Numbered from the stretch's first letter, positions 1 through 9,943 are shown. The stretch: 64,000 nt of DNA from Candidatus Berkelbacteria bacterium (GCA_016187225.1 JACPKC010000010.1:156590-220589), one strand, 5' to 3'. A program made the numbers and translations. The notes: generated from the sequence alone by a model not told the origin.

Positions 1-682
1 GACCCACCTTGCTCAATTAAGCCAGTCACAAAGCTATAGAGCGATCCCCAGCTGACTGAACCGGAACTGCGACCATTAACACCTTTCACATAATCGTAAC
101 GAGGTCGTAAACTTGAAAGATTAATCCCAACACCGCCGCCGCGCGACATAATTTCAGCCATACGGTTGAGCGTCTCGATGATTCCACCGCGTGAATCGTG
201 CGGACTCGGAATTACATAACAGTTGTAGTAGGTCAAGGCCTGGTTGGAACCAGCACCGGTTAAGATGCGCCCAGCTGGCACAAATTTCCAATCCTTGAGC
301 GCTTGCTGAAACTTACCCTCCCACTTATTTTGGAGCGCTGGGGTTTTTTCCACAGAAGCAATTCCGCGCGCAACCCGTGCCTGCATTTGGGTCGGATCAG
401 TTTCGAGCGGCTTATCGACATGCTCAACGGCTCGTGTAATTTCGCTCCCATCGGTGCGAAGCTTGATCGTCACCTGCTCGTGGTCAAGTTTGGTGACGAT
501 GCCAATCTCACGTTGGCTCGTCTCGAGATCGACGCAGACTACAACCGTATCGCCCACAGAAAGAGTTTCTTTTTTACCATCTTTAATGGCATAGCGATCA
601 AGAAAAATTTTATACCCGATTTCGGATAGCTTATTGACCGTTGCAGTCGCTGGATCATAGTCAACTTGCGTTTTTACCATAC
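1..682 (-). CDS. nrdJ: Class II (adenosylcobalamin-dependent) ribonucleotide reductase NrdJ, N-terminal part; the gene continues beyond the window start
   Basis: Reverse-strand translation from the ATG at 680-682 (RBS AGGAGGGAG upstream) gives MVKTQVDYDP...GRILTGAGSNQALTYYNCYVIPSPHDSRGGIIETLNRMAEIMSRGGGVGINLSSLRPRYDYVKGVNGRSSGSVSW. These are the typical NrdJ substrate/thiyl-site motifs. There is no stop before the window edge, and nrdR lies immediately upstream. Confidence 0.7.
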
Positions 683-729
683 TCCCTCCTCTCTTGAATT
701 TTTTAGATGTGTGCCCGACCATTGTTTTC

Positions 730-1212
730 TTAATCTGTTTCGACTTCCACTTTTTCTTTACAAACCCGTTCGTTCAAAATTTTTTGGAGTTCAGCTTCGA
801 ACGACTCAAGGTCTGTAAACGATCGATACACTGATGCAAATCTCATGTAAGCAACTGGATCGATTGCTTTTAATTCCTTAAGAACAAACTTGCCGATCTG
901 ATGCGAAGTGACTTCATCTTTGCACCGAGCATAAAGATTACGCTCAACCGTGTTGGCAATTTCCTCGGCGCGCGCCAACATCTCGGGCCGCTTTTCACCA
1001 GCTAGAAGGATGCCTTTTAAAAGTTTCTCTTTTGAAAATGGTTGGCGAGTGCGGTTGCGTTTAATGACCATTAAATTAATCACTTCAATGCGCTCAAAGG
1101 TTGTAAAACGGAACTGACAGGCCAAACATTCACGCCGTCGGCGCACCGCTTGCTCATCTTCGCGTGAGTCAATCACTCGCGTTTCACCTTTACGGCAAGC
1201 GGGACAGACCAT
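730..1212 (-). CDS. nrdR: Transcriptional repressor NrdR (zinc ribbon plus ATP-cone)
   Basis: MVCPACRKGETRVIDSRED...CLACQFRFTTFERIE zinc-ribbon followed by an ATP-cone; 160 aa; sits upstream of the RNR gene. Confidence 0.9.
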   Translation of the reverse strand: MVCPACRKGETRVIDSREDEQAVRRRRECLACQFRFTTFERIEVINLMVIKRNRTRQPFSKEKLLKGILLAGEKRPEMLARAEEIANTVERNLYARCKDEVTSHQIGKFVLKELKAIDPVAYMRFASVYRSFTDLESFEAELQKILNERVCKEKVEVETD

Positions 1213-1357
1213 TCTTCTCCTAAAAACTGACTACTAGATATTGGGGTATAATTTTTACTTTATGCCCCATATCTTGTGTCTGCAAGGTAAAAGTGTGGAT
1301 ATTTCCAGCTTGTTTGAGCTTGAGATTAAAACGTTCAATAATTTTGCTCGAACCTAA

Positions 1358-1696
1358 TTAGGCTGCAAAATCGGATTTGGATTGAGAGCTAAGAATATCC
1401 TTGTAGGCCTTGCCTACTTCACGTCTAAAATTATCAAGTCTAACCTTAAGCTTTTCTATTTCTTCCGAAGGAGGTGTTTTTCTATTTCTATCGTTCAGAA
1501 TGACACTTAAAGCCCTAAATTCTTCTTGAAGCTTATCATAGACTTCATTTTGCCATTGCGACTCTTCATCGAAATTGACGCCGCGAGGAACATGATTTTC
1601 ATACTCTTGCCAGAAAGTCACCAGTTCCTCTAACTGAATTCCGAGTCCTCTAAATTTCTCATTATTCCCATCTAATCGCGGCGAAAATTTTTCCAT
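1358..1696 (-). CDS. Hypothetical charged or coiled-coil protein immediately downstream of ftsZ (5 nt gap)
   Basis: 112-aa ORF co-directional with ftsA-ftsZ; no recognisable domain. Confidence 0.5.
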   Translation of the reverse strand: MEKFSPRLDGNNEKFRGLGIQLEELVTFWQEYENHVPRGVNFDEESQWQNEVYDKLQEEFRALSVILNDRNRKTPPSEEIEKLKVRLDNFRREVGKAYKDILSSQSKSDFAA

Positions 1697-1701
1697 ACAA
1701 T

Positions 1702-2910
1702 TTATTTTAGTTTTCTACGAATAAAGGCCGGCACATCGATTTCTTCTTCATCGGCTTGCGGAGTAAAAGCAGGTTCGGTTTCGGGCGCATACGGTTGATA
1801 TTGAGGCGTTGACGGTTGTTCGTTGGGTTGAGATTGAGGTTCATATTGAGGGCGAAAGCGGGTGCCAAAACGATTCGCAAACGCGCCTAATCGCGGCGCA
1901 GGTTGAGCTGGAGTTTGATTTGGCTCGCTTTCGCGTTGGCCGCGACTGCGGATTTCACGCGTTTCGTCGAAGCCAGTCGCAATTACAGTAATTTTAACCT
2001 CGCCTGCCATTGCGTCATCGATAATTGCGCCAAAGATAATGTTTGCCTCTGGGTCTGCCGCTTCTGTGATTGTTTTCGCCGCCTCGTCAATTTCGTACAT
2101 CCCAAGATCAGGCCCGCCGGTGATGTTAAAAAGAATTCCTTTAGCGCCGTCAACTGAAAGTTCCAAAAGTGGCGAGTCAATCGCCGCGCGTGCCGCCTCT
2201 ACCGCCCGGTTATCGCCGGTACCATAACCAATACCCATCAGCGCCGAGCCCGCATCGGCCATAATCGTTCGCACATCGGCAAAATCGACATTGATAATGC
2301 CATGAAGAGTAATAAGATCAGAGATACCCTGGACGCCTTGACGAAGCACGTCATCCACAATTCCAAACGCATCCATGAGTGAGGTTTTTTTATCCACAAT
2401 CTGCAGAAGACGATCGTTGGGAATAACAATTAAAGTGTCGACTTTGTCTTTGAGTTCCTGAATGCCTAAGTCGGCGATCTTACGCCGGCGCGCGCCTTCA
2501 AAGGAAAATGGTTTAGTGACCACACCCACTGTTAGCGCTCCGAGTTCCTTGGCGATTTGGGCAACAAGCGGCGCCGCGCCCGTGCCCGTGCCGCCACCCA
2601 TGCCGCAGGTTACGAACACCATGTCGGCGCCTTTTAAGACCTCGTAAACCTCATCCTTATTTTCTTCAGCCGATTTGCGGCCCACTTCAATATCAGCGCC
2701 TGCTCCAAGGCCCGCTGTCGTCTCCTTGCCAATCTGAACTTTAATCGGCGCCTGATTATTGAGCAGAGCCTGCGAGTCCGTATTGATGGCGATAAATTCG
2801 ATTCCCTTGACCTTGGCCGCGATCATTCGATTGACTGCGTTGCCGCCCGAACCTCCGCAACCCGCCACTTTAATAATGGCAAACGACTCGATCTCGCTAT
2901 TTTGGCTCAT
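1702..2910 (-). CDS. ftsZ: Cell division GTPase FtsZ
   Basis: [10 protein letters not shown] tubulin signature, NAVNRM, and a C-terminal [10 protein letters not shown] FtsA-binding peptide. Confidence 0.95.
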   Translation of the reverse strand: MSQNSEIESFAIIKVAGCGGSGGNAVNRMIAAKVKGIEFIAINTDSQALLNNQAPIKVQIGKETTAGLGAGADIEVGRKSAEENKDEVYEVLKGADMVFVTCGMGGGTGTGAAPLVAQIAKELGALTVGVVTKPFSFEGARRRKIADLGIQELKDKVDTLIVIPNDRLLQIVDKKTSLMDAFGIVDDVLRQGVQGISDLITLHGIINVDFADVRTIMADAGSALMGIGYGTGDNRAVEAARAAIDSPLLELSVDGAKGILFNITGGPDLGMYEIDEAAKTITEAADPEANIIFGAIIDDAMAGEVKITVIATGFDETREIRSRGQRESEPNQTPAQPAPRLGAFANRFGTRFRPQYEPQSQPNEQPSTPQYQPYAPETEPAFTPQADEEEIDVPAFIRRKLK

Positions 2911-2932
2911 CGAGTTCTCTCCTTTTGAATTA

Positions 2933-4177
2933 CTATGGAAGCAGTTGTTTTAAGAAATCTCGCGCTTTCCCGACAACCCCCTCCATCGTGTCAAAGGAAA
3001 TCGATTTTTTTTGTGATGCGATTGGCGCTCGGCCTGCCAATCCCCAGAGCGCTAAACCAACACTGGTAGCGTATGAAGGATCATCTAGCTTGTCAACACT
3101 GCCGGCGAATTCGAGCGTCGGTCTACCGAGAGTTGCCGGAAGATGCAACGCCTGTTTAGTAAAATCAATCAGGCCATTCAGCTTTGAGCCGCCGCCTGTT
3201 AAAACTGCGCCCGCGGGCAAGGTGCCGTCTCGTCCAATTTTGCGAAGTTCATCGTTGATCATCAAGAAAAGTTCCGAGAGTCGCGCTTCAATAATTTCGG
3301 CGACGTATTTGAGTTTTGGTCGCTGATTTTCGTCTGGATTGATCTCGGCCAGTTCGATCAATTCCGTTTCTGAAGTTCGCTCTTTGAGCGCCGAGCCAAA
3401 GCGCATCTTAACAATCTCGGCTACGTCGATCGAAGTGCGCAGGCCAATTGCAATATCGTTAGTAATGTGCATCGAACCGATCGGCACAATCGCGGCATGC
3501 ACCAAATCGCCCTCTTCGTAGATGGCTAGGCTTGTCGTACCGGCGCCGATATCAATCAAGAGCGCGCCCGATTCTTTTTGGCGTTTATTGAGCATGATTT
3601 CGGCTGTTGCGAGGGGGTCAAAAACTAAATCATCAACCTGCAGACCTGCTTGGGTAACGGCGCGTAACGTATTTTTAACCGCTGATGAGGCACAACTTAC
3701 AACGTGCGCTTCAACTTCCAAACGAATACCGGTCATGCCGACTGGGTCGACGATTCCTTGCTCGGCATCGACCGAGAAAGCTTTGGGGAGAACGTGGATA
3801 ATTTCTCGATTGGCTGGCATCGCGACCGCGCGAGCGGCTTCAACTACTCGATCAACATCTTGACTGGTGATCTCTCCATCAGGGCGTGAAACTGCGATCA
3901 CACCCTTGGATTTAGTCGTTTCAACGTGCGCTCCGCCTAAGCCAACAAAAGCGCTTGAGATTGTGACTTGCGTCGTGCGTTCCGACTCTTCAAGGATGGC
4001 CGAGATCGCCGAAACAGTTTCAGCGATATCAATCACCTGCCCTTTGCGAAGACCGGTATTCGGAACCTTGCTCATACCTAGAATTTCAATCCCACCTTCG
4101 GCAAAATGGCCGACCGTTGCCGCCACCTTGGTTGTTCCAATATCTAAACCCATAACCACATGCTTTGGTTCAGACAT
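2933..4177 (-). CDS. ftsA: Cell division protein FtsA (actin-like ATPase)
   Basis: [15 protein letters not shown] actin-fold phosphate-1 motif; 414 aa; lies upstream of ftsZ. Confidence 0.95.
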   Translation of the reverse strand: MSEPKHVVMGLDIGTTKVAATVGHFAEGGIEILGMSKVPNTGLRKGQVIDIAETVSAISAILEESERTTQVTISSAFVGLGGAHVETTKSKGVIAVSRPDGEITSQDVDRVVEAARAVAMPANREIIHVLPKAFSVDAEQGIVDPVGMTGIRLEVEAHVVSCASSAVKNTLRAVTQAGLQVDDLVFDPLATAEIMLNKRQKESGALLIDIGAGTTSLAIYEEGDLVHAAIVPIGSMHITNDIAIGLRTSIDVAEIVKMRFGSALKERTSETELIELAEINPDENQRPKLKYVAEIIEARLSELFLMINDELRKIGRDGTLPAGAVLTGGGSKLNGLIDFTKQALHLPATLGRPTLEFAGSVDKLDDPSYATSVGLALWGLAGRAPIASQKKSISFDTMEGVVGKARDFLKQLLP

Positions 4178-4393
4178 GTTTTTAGTCCTCCATTGCGATG
4201 CGCCTAGTATAGCGCAGGCGCTTTACAATCACCAAATCAAATCGTAGGCGTGTTTTGTTCTAATTCTTCAACCACCTCATCGTCGATAATTTGAGAAAAT
4301 GACTTCATTTGAAAGACTTTCTCTCTCGTCATTGCAAGAGCTAAAACGACGAAGCAATCTGGAAGGTGTATACTTATAAAATTGGAGGTGACA

Positions 4394-4927
4394 ATGTCAC
4401 CCCTTGAACAAGCGAAAATCTCATATCTTATTCTACATCGGAGCCCAGTTTTTGTGCTCCTCGACTTACTTCTGATTGAATGTGTTTATTTTATTTTTAT
4501 TGCTCTTCTGCTTTGGTTCCTACTCGTTCTCTTAAATCAAATTACTCTGTCTCCACTGGGTTTAATCGCAATTTTGTTTGTAAGTTTAGTCCTTAAGGCC
4601 GGAGCAGTTGCGTTGGCTGGTGTCGGTTGGTTGCATGAATACTACGAAATTCGCGTCGCGGAAATCACGCACCATCGAGGTATCTTTCGCAAGTATCATG
4701 AGGTTTTAAGCACCGGCGAGGTGCGTTCAATCACACTGACACAGGATTTTTTGGGTCAAATCTTGCGGTATGGAACACTCACCTTACATAATCCCGCGCT
4801 TGGTCAAGAAATTCGTTTAGCGGGCATTTCAAATCCAAATCGGTGTCAACAACTGCTCGCTCAATTCTTGCCTAAAATTGAACAGCCGCCATCCTTTATT
4901 CAAACTGGGGGGATTGCGGCTTCGTGA
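4394..4927 (+). CDS. Membrane protein with a bacterial PH (bPH_2/YdbS-like) domain
   Basis: Two N-terminal TM helices followed by ...EYYEIRVAEITHHRGIFRKYHEVLSTGEVRSITLTQDFLGQILRYGTLTL, which is characteristic of bPH_2. The ATG at 4394 has a GGAGGTG RBS at spacing 5; the ORF track start is 4382. Confidence 0.55.
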   Translation: MSPLEQAKISYLILHRSPVFVLLDLLLIECVYFIFIALLLWFLLVLLNQITLSPLGLIAILFVSLVLKAGAVALAGVGWLHEYYEIRVAEITHHRGIFRKYHEVLSTGEVRSITLTQDFLGQILRYGTLTLHNPALGQEIRLAGISNPNRCQQLLAQFLPKIEQPPSFIQTGGIAAS

Positions 4928-5008
4928 TCTTATCCCCAATTGATTATGAAATATCCCGAGCAGAGAGTATTATTTAATTAAATATTAGTTCTCCTTAAAG
5001 GAGGGGCA

Positions 5009-5653
5009 ATGGATAAACATCGAAAGGTGCTCTTGCGGAGTATATTGTCGCTGGTGAGCGTGCTTGCCATCGGCGGCGGCGTCACGTATGCATTATTCAC
5101 CTCGAACACGGTGACGGTGGGTCAAAGTCAGATGACAACCGGTGGCGCCGATTTACGAATTTGCAACTCGCTCAATTCAAACCCTGTCGGTTCGAATACC
5201 TGGAAGGATTCAATTTCACCCACGATCGATTTTTCAGCAGTCAATCCGGGCGACACCGACATTGACGTTACGCTTGGCCATGAGATGTATTTAGGCAACG
5301 ACGACGGCACGCTCGAAGATGCGGTTGGTGGTGGGATTTGCAGTGGCTATGATGGTGCTATCACGCCCGGGAATTCAACCGTTCCACTTAACATGATTCC
5401 AACAATTTCGAACATTGTTTGCACCGGTGGTTCTGATCTGGAAAATCAACTTTCATTGCGTTTTAATCTCGGCGGATCTTTTACCGGCTATAAAACTTTG
5501 ACCGGCTGGTCAACAAATACCACAGATTATTTGCCAGATTTTCTGACTGGCGAGGCGAAAATGTTTTCGATGCAAGCAAAGTTGCCTTCGGCCTATGCTC
5601 TGCAGGATGCAACTTGCACTTTTGACACTAACTTCCAAGGCGAGCAGGCTTAA
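5009..5653 (+). CDS. TasA/camelysin-like secreted protein with a SipW-cognate signal peptide
   Basis: N-terminus MDKHRKVLLRSILSLVSVLAIGGGVTYALFTSNTV matches the SipW-cognate signal class (KK..L..AxGGGTxAxFxD/S); RBS AAAGGAGGGG. Confidence 0.6.
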   Translation: MDKHRKVLLRSILSLVSVLAIGGGVTYALFTSNTVTVGQSQMTTGGADLRICNSLNSNPVGSNTWKDSISPTIDFSAVNPGDTDIDVTLGHEMYLGNDDGTLEDAVGGGICSGYDGAITPGNSTVPLNMIPTISNIVCTGGSDLENQLSLRFNLGGSFTGYKTLTGWSTNTTDYLPDFLTGEAKMFSMQAKLPSAYALQDATCTFDTNFQGEQA

Positions 5654-5698
5654 TTCGCATTAAGTTGAAAGCTTCATCCTTGCCTGGCTACGCAGGGA

Positions 5699-6241
5699 GT
5701 GGAGCTTTTGCTCTTGATGCGAATCCGATCCATGCTTCAAAGCTTAAGTTTAGTCCTGCTCATCGGCGTCGGAGCTATTGCCCTATCCGGTCGAACAAAT
5801 CTACTGGGCGATTACCATTTCTATGCAGTTTTGACTGGTAGCATGGAGCCAGCAATCCCAACTAACTCTCTAATCTTTGTGCGCAAGCCCAATTCAAGCG
5901 CCCAAATTGTTCCAGGCGATATTATTACCTTCAAATCCCCTGACGCGTCTGAGCAACTCATTACTCATCGCGTGGCGAGTTTTGAGCAAGGAAGTTTCCG
6001 CACTCAAGGCGACGCGAACCCTAGCCAGGATCCATGGCGCCTCAATTTTAATGACATTCAAGGTCAGTATCAGTTTCACCTTCCCTACCTTGGCGCTGTG
6101 CTAACCTTTCTTCGCACCCCGCTTGGCATCGGTCTTTTGGTCGGAATTCCAGTCTTAATTTTAGTTTTTCATGATTTGTTTTCAATTAATACTGCTCTTT
6201 TCGAGATGAAACTTGAGAGAGAACGGAAAAAAGCGAGTTAA
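5699..6241 (+). CDS. sipW: Signal peptidase I, SipW (archaeal/ER-type S26B)
   Basis: TGSMEPAIPTNSLIFV motif (the SGSMEP catalytic Ser box), an N-terminal TM, and GDIITF...ITHRV. Confidence 0.75.
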   Translation: MELLLLMRIRSMLQSLSLVLLIGVGAIALSGRTNLLGDYHFYAVLTGSMEPAIPTNSLIFVRKPNSSAQIVPGDIITFKSPDASEQLITHRVASFEQGSFRTQGDANPSQDPWRLNFNDIQGQYQFHLPYLGAVLTFLRTPLGIGLLVGIPVLILVFHDLFSINTALFEMKLERERKKAS

Positions 6242-6243
6242 AT

Positions 6244-6954
6244 GTGGCCCGCAAACGCCAAGCGCAGATCGTTGGATTTTTGATTTTCGTTTTTGTTTTT
6301 AGCGTCAGTGAAGCCTTTGCTCTGTTTTTAAGCAATCGCGTGTTTGTTCAGAACATTAAGATTAACGTTGCCGCTTTCCCTTCGATTAAGGTCTTTGCCT
6401 CTAGCGACACCGCATTTGATCAAGACGATGTCGAAGAAAACTTTGGGAATGTCGATGAAGAGGACGTTAGTTCAAAAGACGGTCAAAATCGACGACTGGC
6501 TTTTCGTTTCGATATCCCTACGCTCCCAACTGGCGTCACTCTGGTAGGTTGCTCGCTGAATCTTTTCATGAACGAGGCGCCTTCGTTTGAAAGCCGTTCT
6601 CATGGCGCGTACCGATTTACTCTCCATGAGAACGAGTGGGGCGAGGGTGCGGGCGGGCCGGATGAAGCCGAGGTTGGCGAAAGTAGTTGGCAGTGGTACG
6701 CTCGGCCCGATGAATGGGCTACGCCTGGTGGTGATATTAGCGACTCACCGATTGCAGTGGCGGCTACTGGTCTCGAGGATGAAGTTTGGCAGGCGTGGGA
6801 CGTCACGGCCGACTGCGCTCCTGGCGAAACCCGCTCTTGGCTCATTCGTGATACCAGCGAAGATGCGCCAATGACAAGAGATGCCGAGTATAACTTGCGT
6901 GAAGACGGCTTCGCTACCGCTCCATATCTTTTACTTACCTACCAGGTGCCCTAA
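6244..6954 (+). CDS. Second putative SipW-cognate secreted protein (unknown function)
   Basis: N-terminus MARKRQAQIVGFLIFVFVFSVSEAFALFLSNRV shares the AxF(T/L)SN cleavage-region motif with the upstream TasA-like protein. It is D/E-rich and has no known catalytic motif. Confidence 0.5.
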   Translation: MARKRQAQIVGFLIFVFVFSVSEAFALFLSNRVFVQNIKINVAAFPSIKVFASSDTAFDQDDVEENFGNVDEEDVSSKDGQNRRLAFRFDIPTLPTGVTLVGCSLNLFMNEAPSFESRSHGAYRFTLHENEWGEGAGGPDEAEVGESSWQWYARPDEWATPGGDISDSPIAVAATGLEDEVWQAWDVTADCAPGETRSWLIRDTSEDAPMTRDAEYNLREDGFATAPYLLLTYQVP

Positions 6955-6960
6955 CGGATT

Positions 6961-7383
6961 CTAGCGCCATCTTCCTTCATCATCGTGATCGTGGCCGACA
7001 AGGTGGCGTACGCCATGCTCAACAAGTTCTAAAAACAATTCTTCAAGCTTTTGACCAAAGCGCGTTGCCTGCCGCCTAACTGTTTCAAGCGAAATAAGAA
7101 TTGTGCCGAGGCACAGTGGAGCTTGAGTGTGATTTGGGACAACCGTACCTCGTTCAACGTCCATTGCCATCGGCAAGGAGAGCACGTCGGTTGGAGCTTG
7201 AATGCCACGGTGTTGATGATTGAGAATCTGCATCTCGCGATCATCCACAATTACAAGCTCTAGAGTTACTTCCGTCAAAAACTGTGCATGTGTCGCTAAA
7301 ACCTCTCGAATTTTTTGCTCAATCAAATGCCGCTTGATCGGAACGGGTAAGTTTTCGATCAAGTCGAGTTCGAGTTTGATCAC
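6961..7383 (-). CDS. ybeY: rRNA maturation endoribonuclease YbeY
   Basis: HGVRHLVGHDHDDEG zinc-binding H..H..GxDH motif. Confidence 0.85.
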   Translation of the reverse strand: MIKLELDLIENLPVPIKRHLIEQKIREVLATHAQFLTEVTLELVIVDDREMQILNHQHRGIQAPTDVLSLPMAMDVERGTVVPNHTQAPLCLGTILISLETVRRQATRFGQKLEELFLELVEHGVRHLVGHDHDDEGRWR

Positions 7384-7823
7384 GAGAGGTGTTTGCGAAC
7401 CATGGCTGAAACTCGACTGCCGCCAGCTCGCCCTTGAAGCCTTGGCATCAAGGCGCTCATTACTTTTCCCAGCTCGGCGGCTGAACGCGCGCCAGTTGCT
7501 TGAATCGTTTCGCTGATGAGACGAGTCAATTCTTCGTCTGAAAGTTCGGTCGGCAAGTAAGCATTTAAAATTGCTAGTTCCGAGCCTTCTTTTTCAGCTA
7601 ATTCGGGCCGATTTCCTTTTTGATATTCGGCTTGTGCCTCCCTGCGTTGTTTGGCTTCTTTTTGTAAGACAGCTAACGCTTCTACGTTGTTCAACTCATG
7701 ACCCAATTCGATCTGCTTGTTTTTAAGCGCGCTTTTGACCATTCGCAAAGTCGAAAGAAGTTCTGGCCTACCAGCCTTAAGCGCTTCTTTGGCATCGCTA
7801 TTAATTTGACTAACTATATTCAT
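7380..7823 (-). CDS. GatB/YqeY domain protein
   Basis: YqeY-like sequence throughout (ALKAGRPELLSTLRMVKSALKNKQIE ... ELGKVM); 147 aa. Confidence 0.8.
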   Translation of the reverse strand: MNIVSQINSDAKEALKAGRPELLSTLRMVKSALKNKQIELGHELNNVEALAVLQKEAKQRREAQAEYQKGNRPELAEKEGSELAILNAYLPTELSDEELTRLISETIQATGARSAAELGKVMSALMPRLQGRAGGSRVSAMVRKHLS

Positions 7824-7826
7824 ATT

Positions 7827-8057
7827 CTAGTATCCTCGGCGCAATCTTTTAGTAACTGCTTTGCGGCGCGCCGAAATGCGTCGCAGACGCCGTGAAAGCT
7901 CTTTAGCATGGTATCGGCGTTTTTTTACTTCTGAAAGGATGCGACTCTGTTGAACCTCGCGAAAAAAACGACGAAGTGTCACTTCAAAAGACGGCCGCCG
8001 CTCGCGCGTTGTGCTAAATTCAGTTCGTGAATCCTGAAAATCAGCCATCACACTCAC
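7827..8057 (-). CDS. rpsU: 30S ribosomal protein S21
   Basis: 76 aa, very basic, SRILSEVKKRRYHAKELSRRLRR pattern typical of bS21. Confidence 0.8.
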   Translation of the reverse strand: MSVMADFQDSRTEFSTTRERRPSFEVTLRRFFREVQQSRILSEVKKRRYHAKELSRRLRRISARRKAVTKRLRRGY

Positions 8058-8103
8058 CTCATTTCTGATGGCCAGAAAACTTTACGGAAAAACAATGCCT
8101 GGA

Positions 8104-8445
8104 CTATACCATGCTTCCCAGTCGATGTCCACCGAGTAAATGCAAATGAATGTGATCAACTACCTGTCCGCCATGCGCGCGGGTATTAAAGACCAAGCGA
8201 TAGCCGTCGCTCGATATCTTCTGTTCATCGGCAATTTTTCGCGCAACGTTGATCATATAGCCAATTAGAGGCTCATGTTCCCTCGTCATTTCCGCTACGC
8301 TCGTGAGATGTATACGGGGAACAATCAGAATGTGTATCGGCGCCTTGGGCGCAATATCATTGAAGGCACTTACGCGCCTATCCTGAAAAATTAATTTAGT
8401 TCCCTCTTTACCGGTGGCAATTTTACAAAAAAGACAGTTTTCCAT
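8104..8445 (-). CDS. HIT family (histidine triad) hydrolase
   Basis: LFCKIATGKE ... DHIHLHLLGG histidine triad motif. Confidence 0.85.
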   Translation of the reverse strand: MENCLFCKIATGKEGTKLIFQDRRVSAFNDIAPKAPIHILIVPRIHLTSVAEMTREHEPLIGYMINVARKIADEQKISSDGYRLVFNTRAHGGQVVDHIHLHLLGGHRLGSMV

Positions 8446-8908
8446 AGAGACTCCTTTTAACTTTATGATTGGCGCGAACGTAATCCGTCCAATGCTTTTT
8501 GAGCCAATTCTCTTGAAATTTTAGCACCGCGCCCAAGCCACGTTTTGCAAGCTCGCGATCGACGACGCCGCCGTGATGAGGGTGTTTGTAAAGTTGTGGT
8601 CGGGGGCTCGAAAACCCATGCGCATAATGAACGAGTTCATGTGCCATCACACCTAAAACGACCTCGTCGGGAATCTTAGGATCTTTGAGGTGGCTCGTAA
8701 TCGTGATAATACTTCGCCGCTCAAGCGCGCCGCTTTGTTGTCGAAGCGGTTTTCTCCCCCACTTAATTGAACCGAGTCGCGTGATGGCTGGCTGACCAAA
8801 TTTAATCACAACGTCATTTGGTTGATCAATATCATCAAAATAGCGATACCATAGCATCGCGAGTTGTTCGGTCAGCCACTCATTGGTGCGCATTGAGAGG
8901 TTTTTCAT
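8423..8908 (-). CDS. SprT-like zinc metallopeptidase domain protein
   Basis: MAHELVHYAHGF...HPHHGG is an HExxH-containing SprT-like core. Confidence 0.5.
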   Translation of the reverse strand: MKNLSMRTNEWLTEQLAMLWYRYFDDIDQPNDVVIKFGQPAITRLGSIKWGRKPLRQQSGALERRSIITITSHLKDPKIPDEVVLGVMAHELVHYAHGFSSPRPQLYKHPHHGGVVDRELAKRGLGAVLKFQENWLKKHWTDYVRANHKVKRSLYGKLSFL

Positions 8909-8997
8909 TCTTTACAACTTAGCGTATTTCGCTTGTCTTTCATAAGTTTACTCCTTATGCTCTCAATGTCCCAAAATTTTTAGGGAGGTAGTTTTAA

Positions 8998-9864
8998 ATG
9001 TCGTTTTTAGAACTTATCGAAGCTCGCTTCGATAAAGGCTTGCGTTTGTGTGCCGGCCTCGATCCAGTGCTCGACCGAATTGCGTCTTATTTCCCGAACG
9101 GAAATCGGGAAAGCGTCTATCTCATCGAGCGGTTTCTGAGACCGATCATCGACGCAATTCATCACCTCGTTGCGGCCTTTAAACCGAACTCGGCTTTTTT
9201 CGAAGCCCATGGGCCTCAAGGGATGCTCTTGCTAGAAAGTTTGATCAATTACATCATCACCCACTATCCGGAAGTCCCCATTATTCTGGATTGGAAACGG
9301 GGTGATGTTAGAGCCAGTAATCAGGCTTACGCGCAGGCTTTCGTGCGAACGAAAGCTCATGCTTGCACACTCAATCCTTACGTTGGCGGGCAGGCGCTCG
9401 CGCCTTTCTTGGAGCTTGAAGGTAAAGGGCTCTTCTTCTTATGTAAAACCTCAAATCCTGGCTCCGATGAGTTTCAGGATTTGAAACTCTTTGAGTGGGA
9501 AAAGAGACTCTGCGAGAAGGTCGCCTGTCGTGTGAAGAGCTGGCAATCTGCCTCTACTAGAGGACTGGTTGTGGGCGCCACCTATTCACAACACCTGGCC
9601 GCAATTCGAAAAATTGTTGGCCAAGAGATGGTTTTATTGGTGCCCGGCGTCGGGTCACAGGGAGGCGAACTGGAGGCGGCGCTCTTGGCCGCAACCAATG
9701 ATGAGGGAAAAAATTTCCTTATCAATGCTTCACGTAGCCTGCTCTACGCAGGTCAACCTGGCGATGGAAGTTTTGTCCGCGCTTCCCAGGAGTATGTGCG
9801 GATGCAGAACAATCATATTTCCCAGACACTCGCGACCCTGGCGTCCAGTCCCGCCAATCGGTAA
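8998..9864 (+). CDS. pyrF: Orotidine 5-phosphate decarboxylase, type 2
   Basis: LCAGLDP and ILDWKRGDVRASN motifs of type-2 OMP decarboxylases; RBS GGGAGG. Confidence 0.85.
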   Translation: MSFLELIEARFDKGLRLCAGLDPVLDRIASYFPNGNRESVYLIERFLRPIIDAIHHLVAAFKPNSAFFEAHGPQGMLLLESLINYIITHYPEVPIILDWKRGDVRASNQAYAQAFVRTKAHACTLNPYVGGQALAPFLELEGKGLFFLCKTSNPGSDEFQDLKLFEWEKRLCEKVACRVKSWQSASTRGLVVGATYSQHLAAIRKIVGQEMVLLVPGVGSQGGELEAALLAATNDEGKNFLINASRSLLYAGQPGDGSFVRASQEYVRMQNNHISQTLATLASSPANR

Positions 9865-9879
9865 AGACCTTTGTGATTC

Positions 9880-9904
9880 AAGCGGCTTCGGCCGCTTCTT
9901 TTTT
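9880..9904 (+). terminator. Rho-independent terminator of pyrF
   Basis: AAGCGGC-TTCG-GCCGCTT hairpin followed by CTTTTTT. Confidence 0.75.
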
Positions 9905-9943
9905 GCCATTTATAACAAACCATATATTTGCATTAAAACTATT

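Noticed and set aside
1809-4247. Multiple 60-130 codon ORFs on the plus strand inside ftsZ and ftsA
   Set aside because: They are antisense or shadow ORFs within highly conserved genes.
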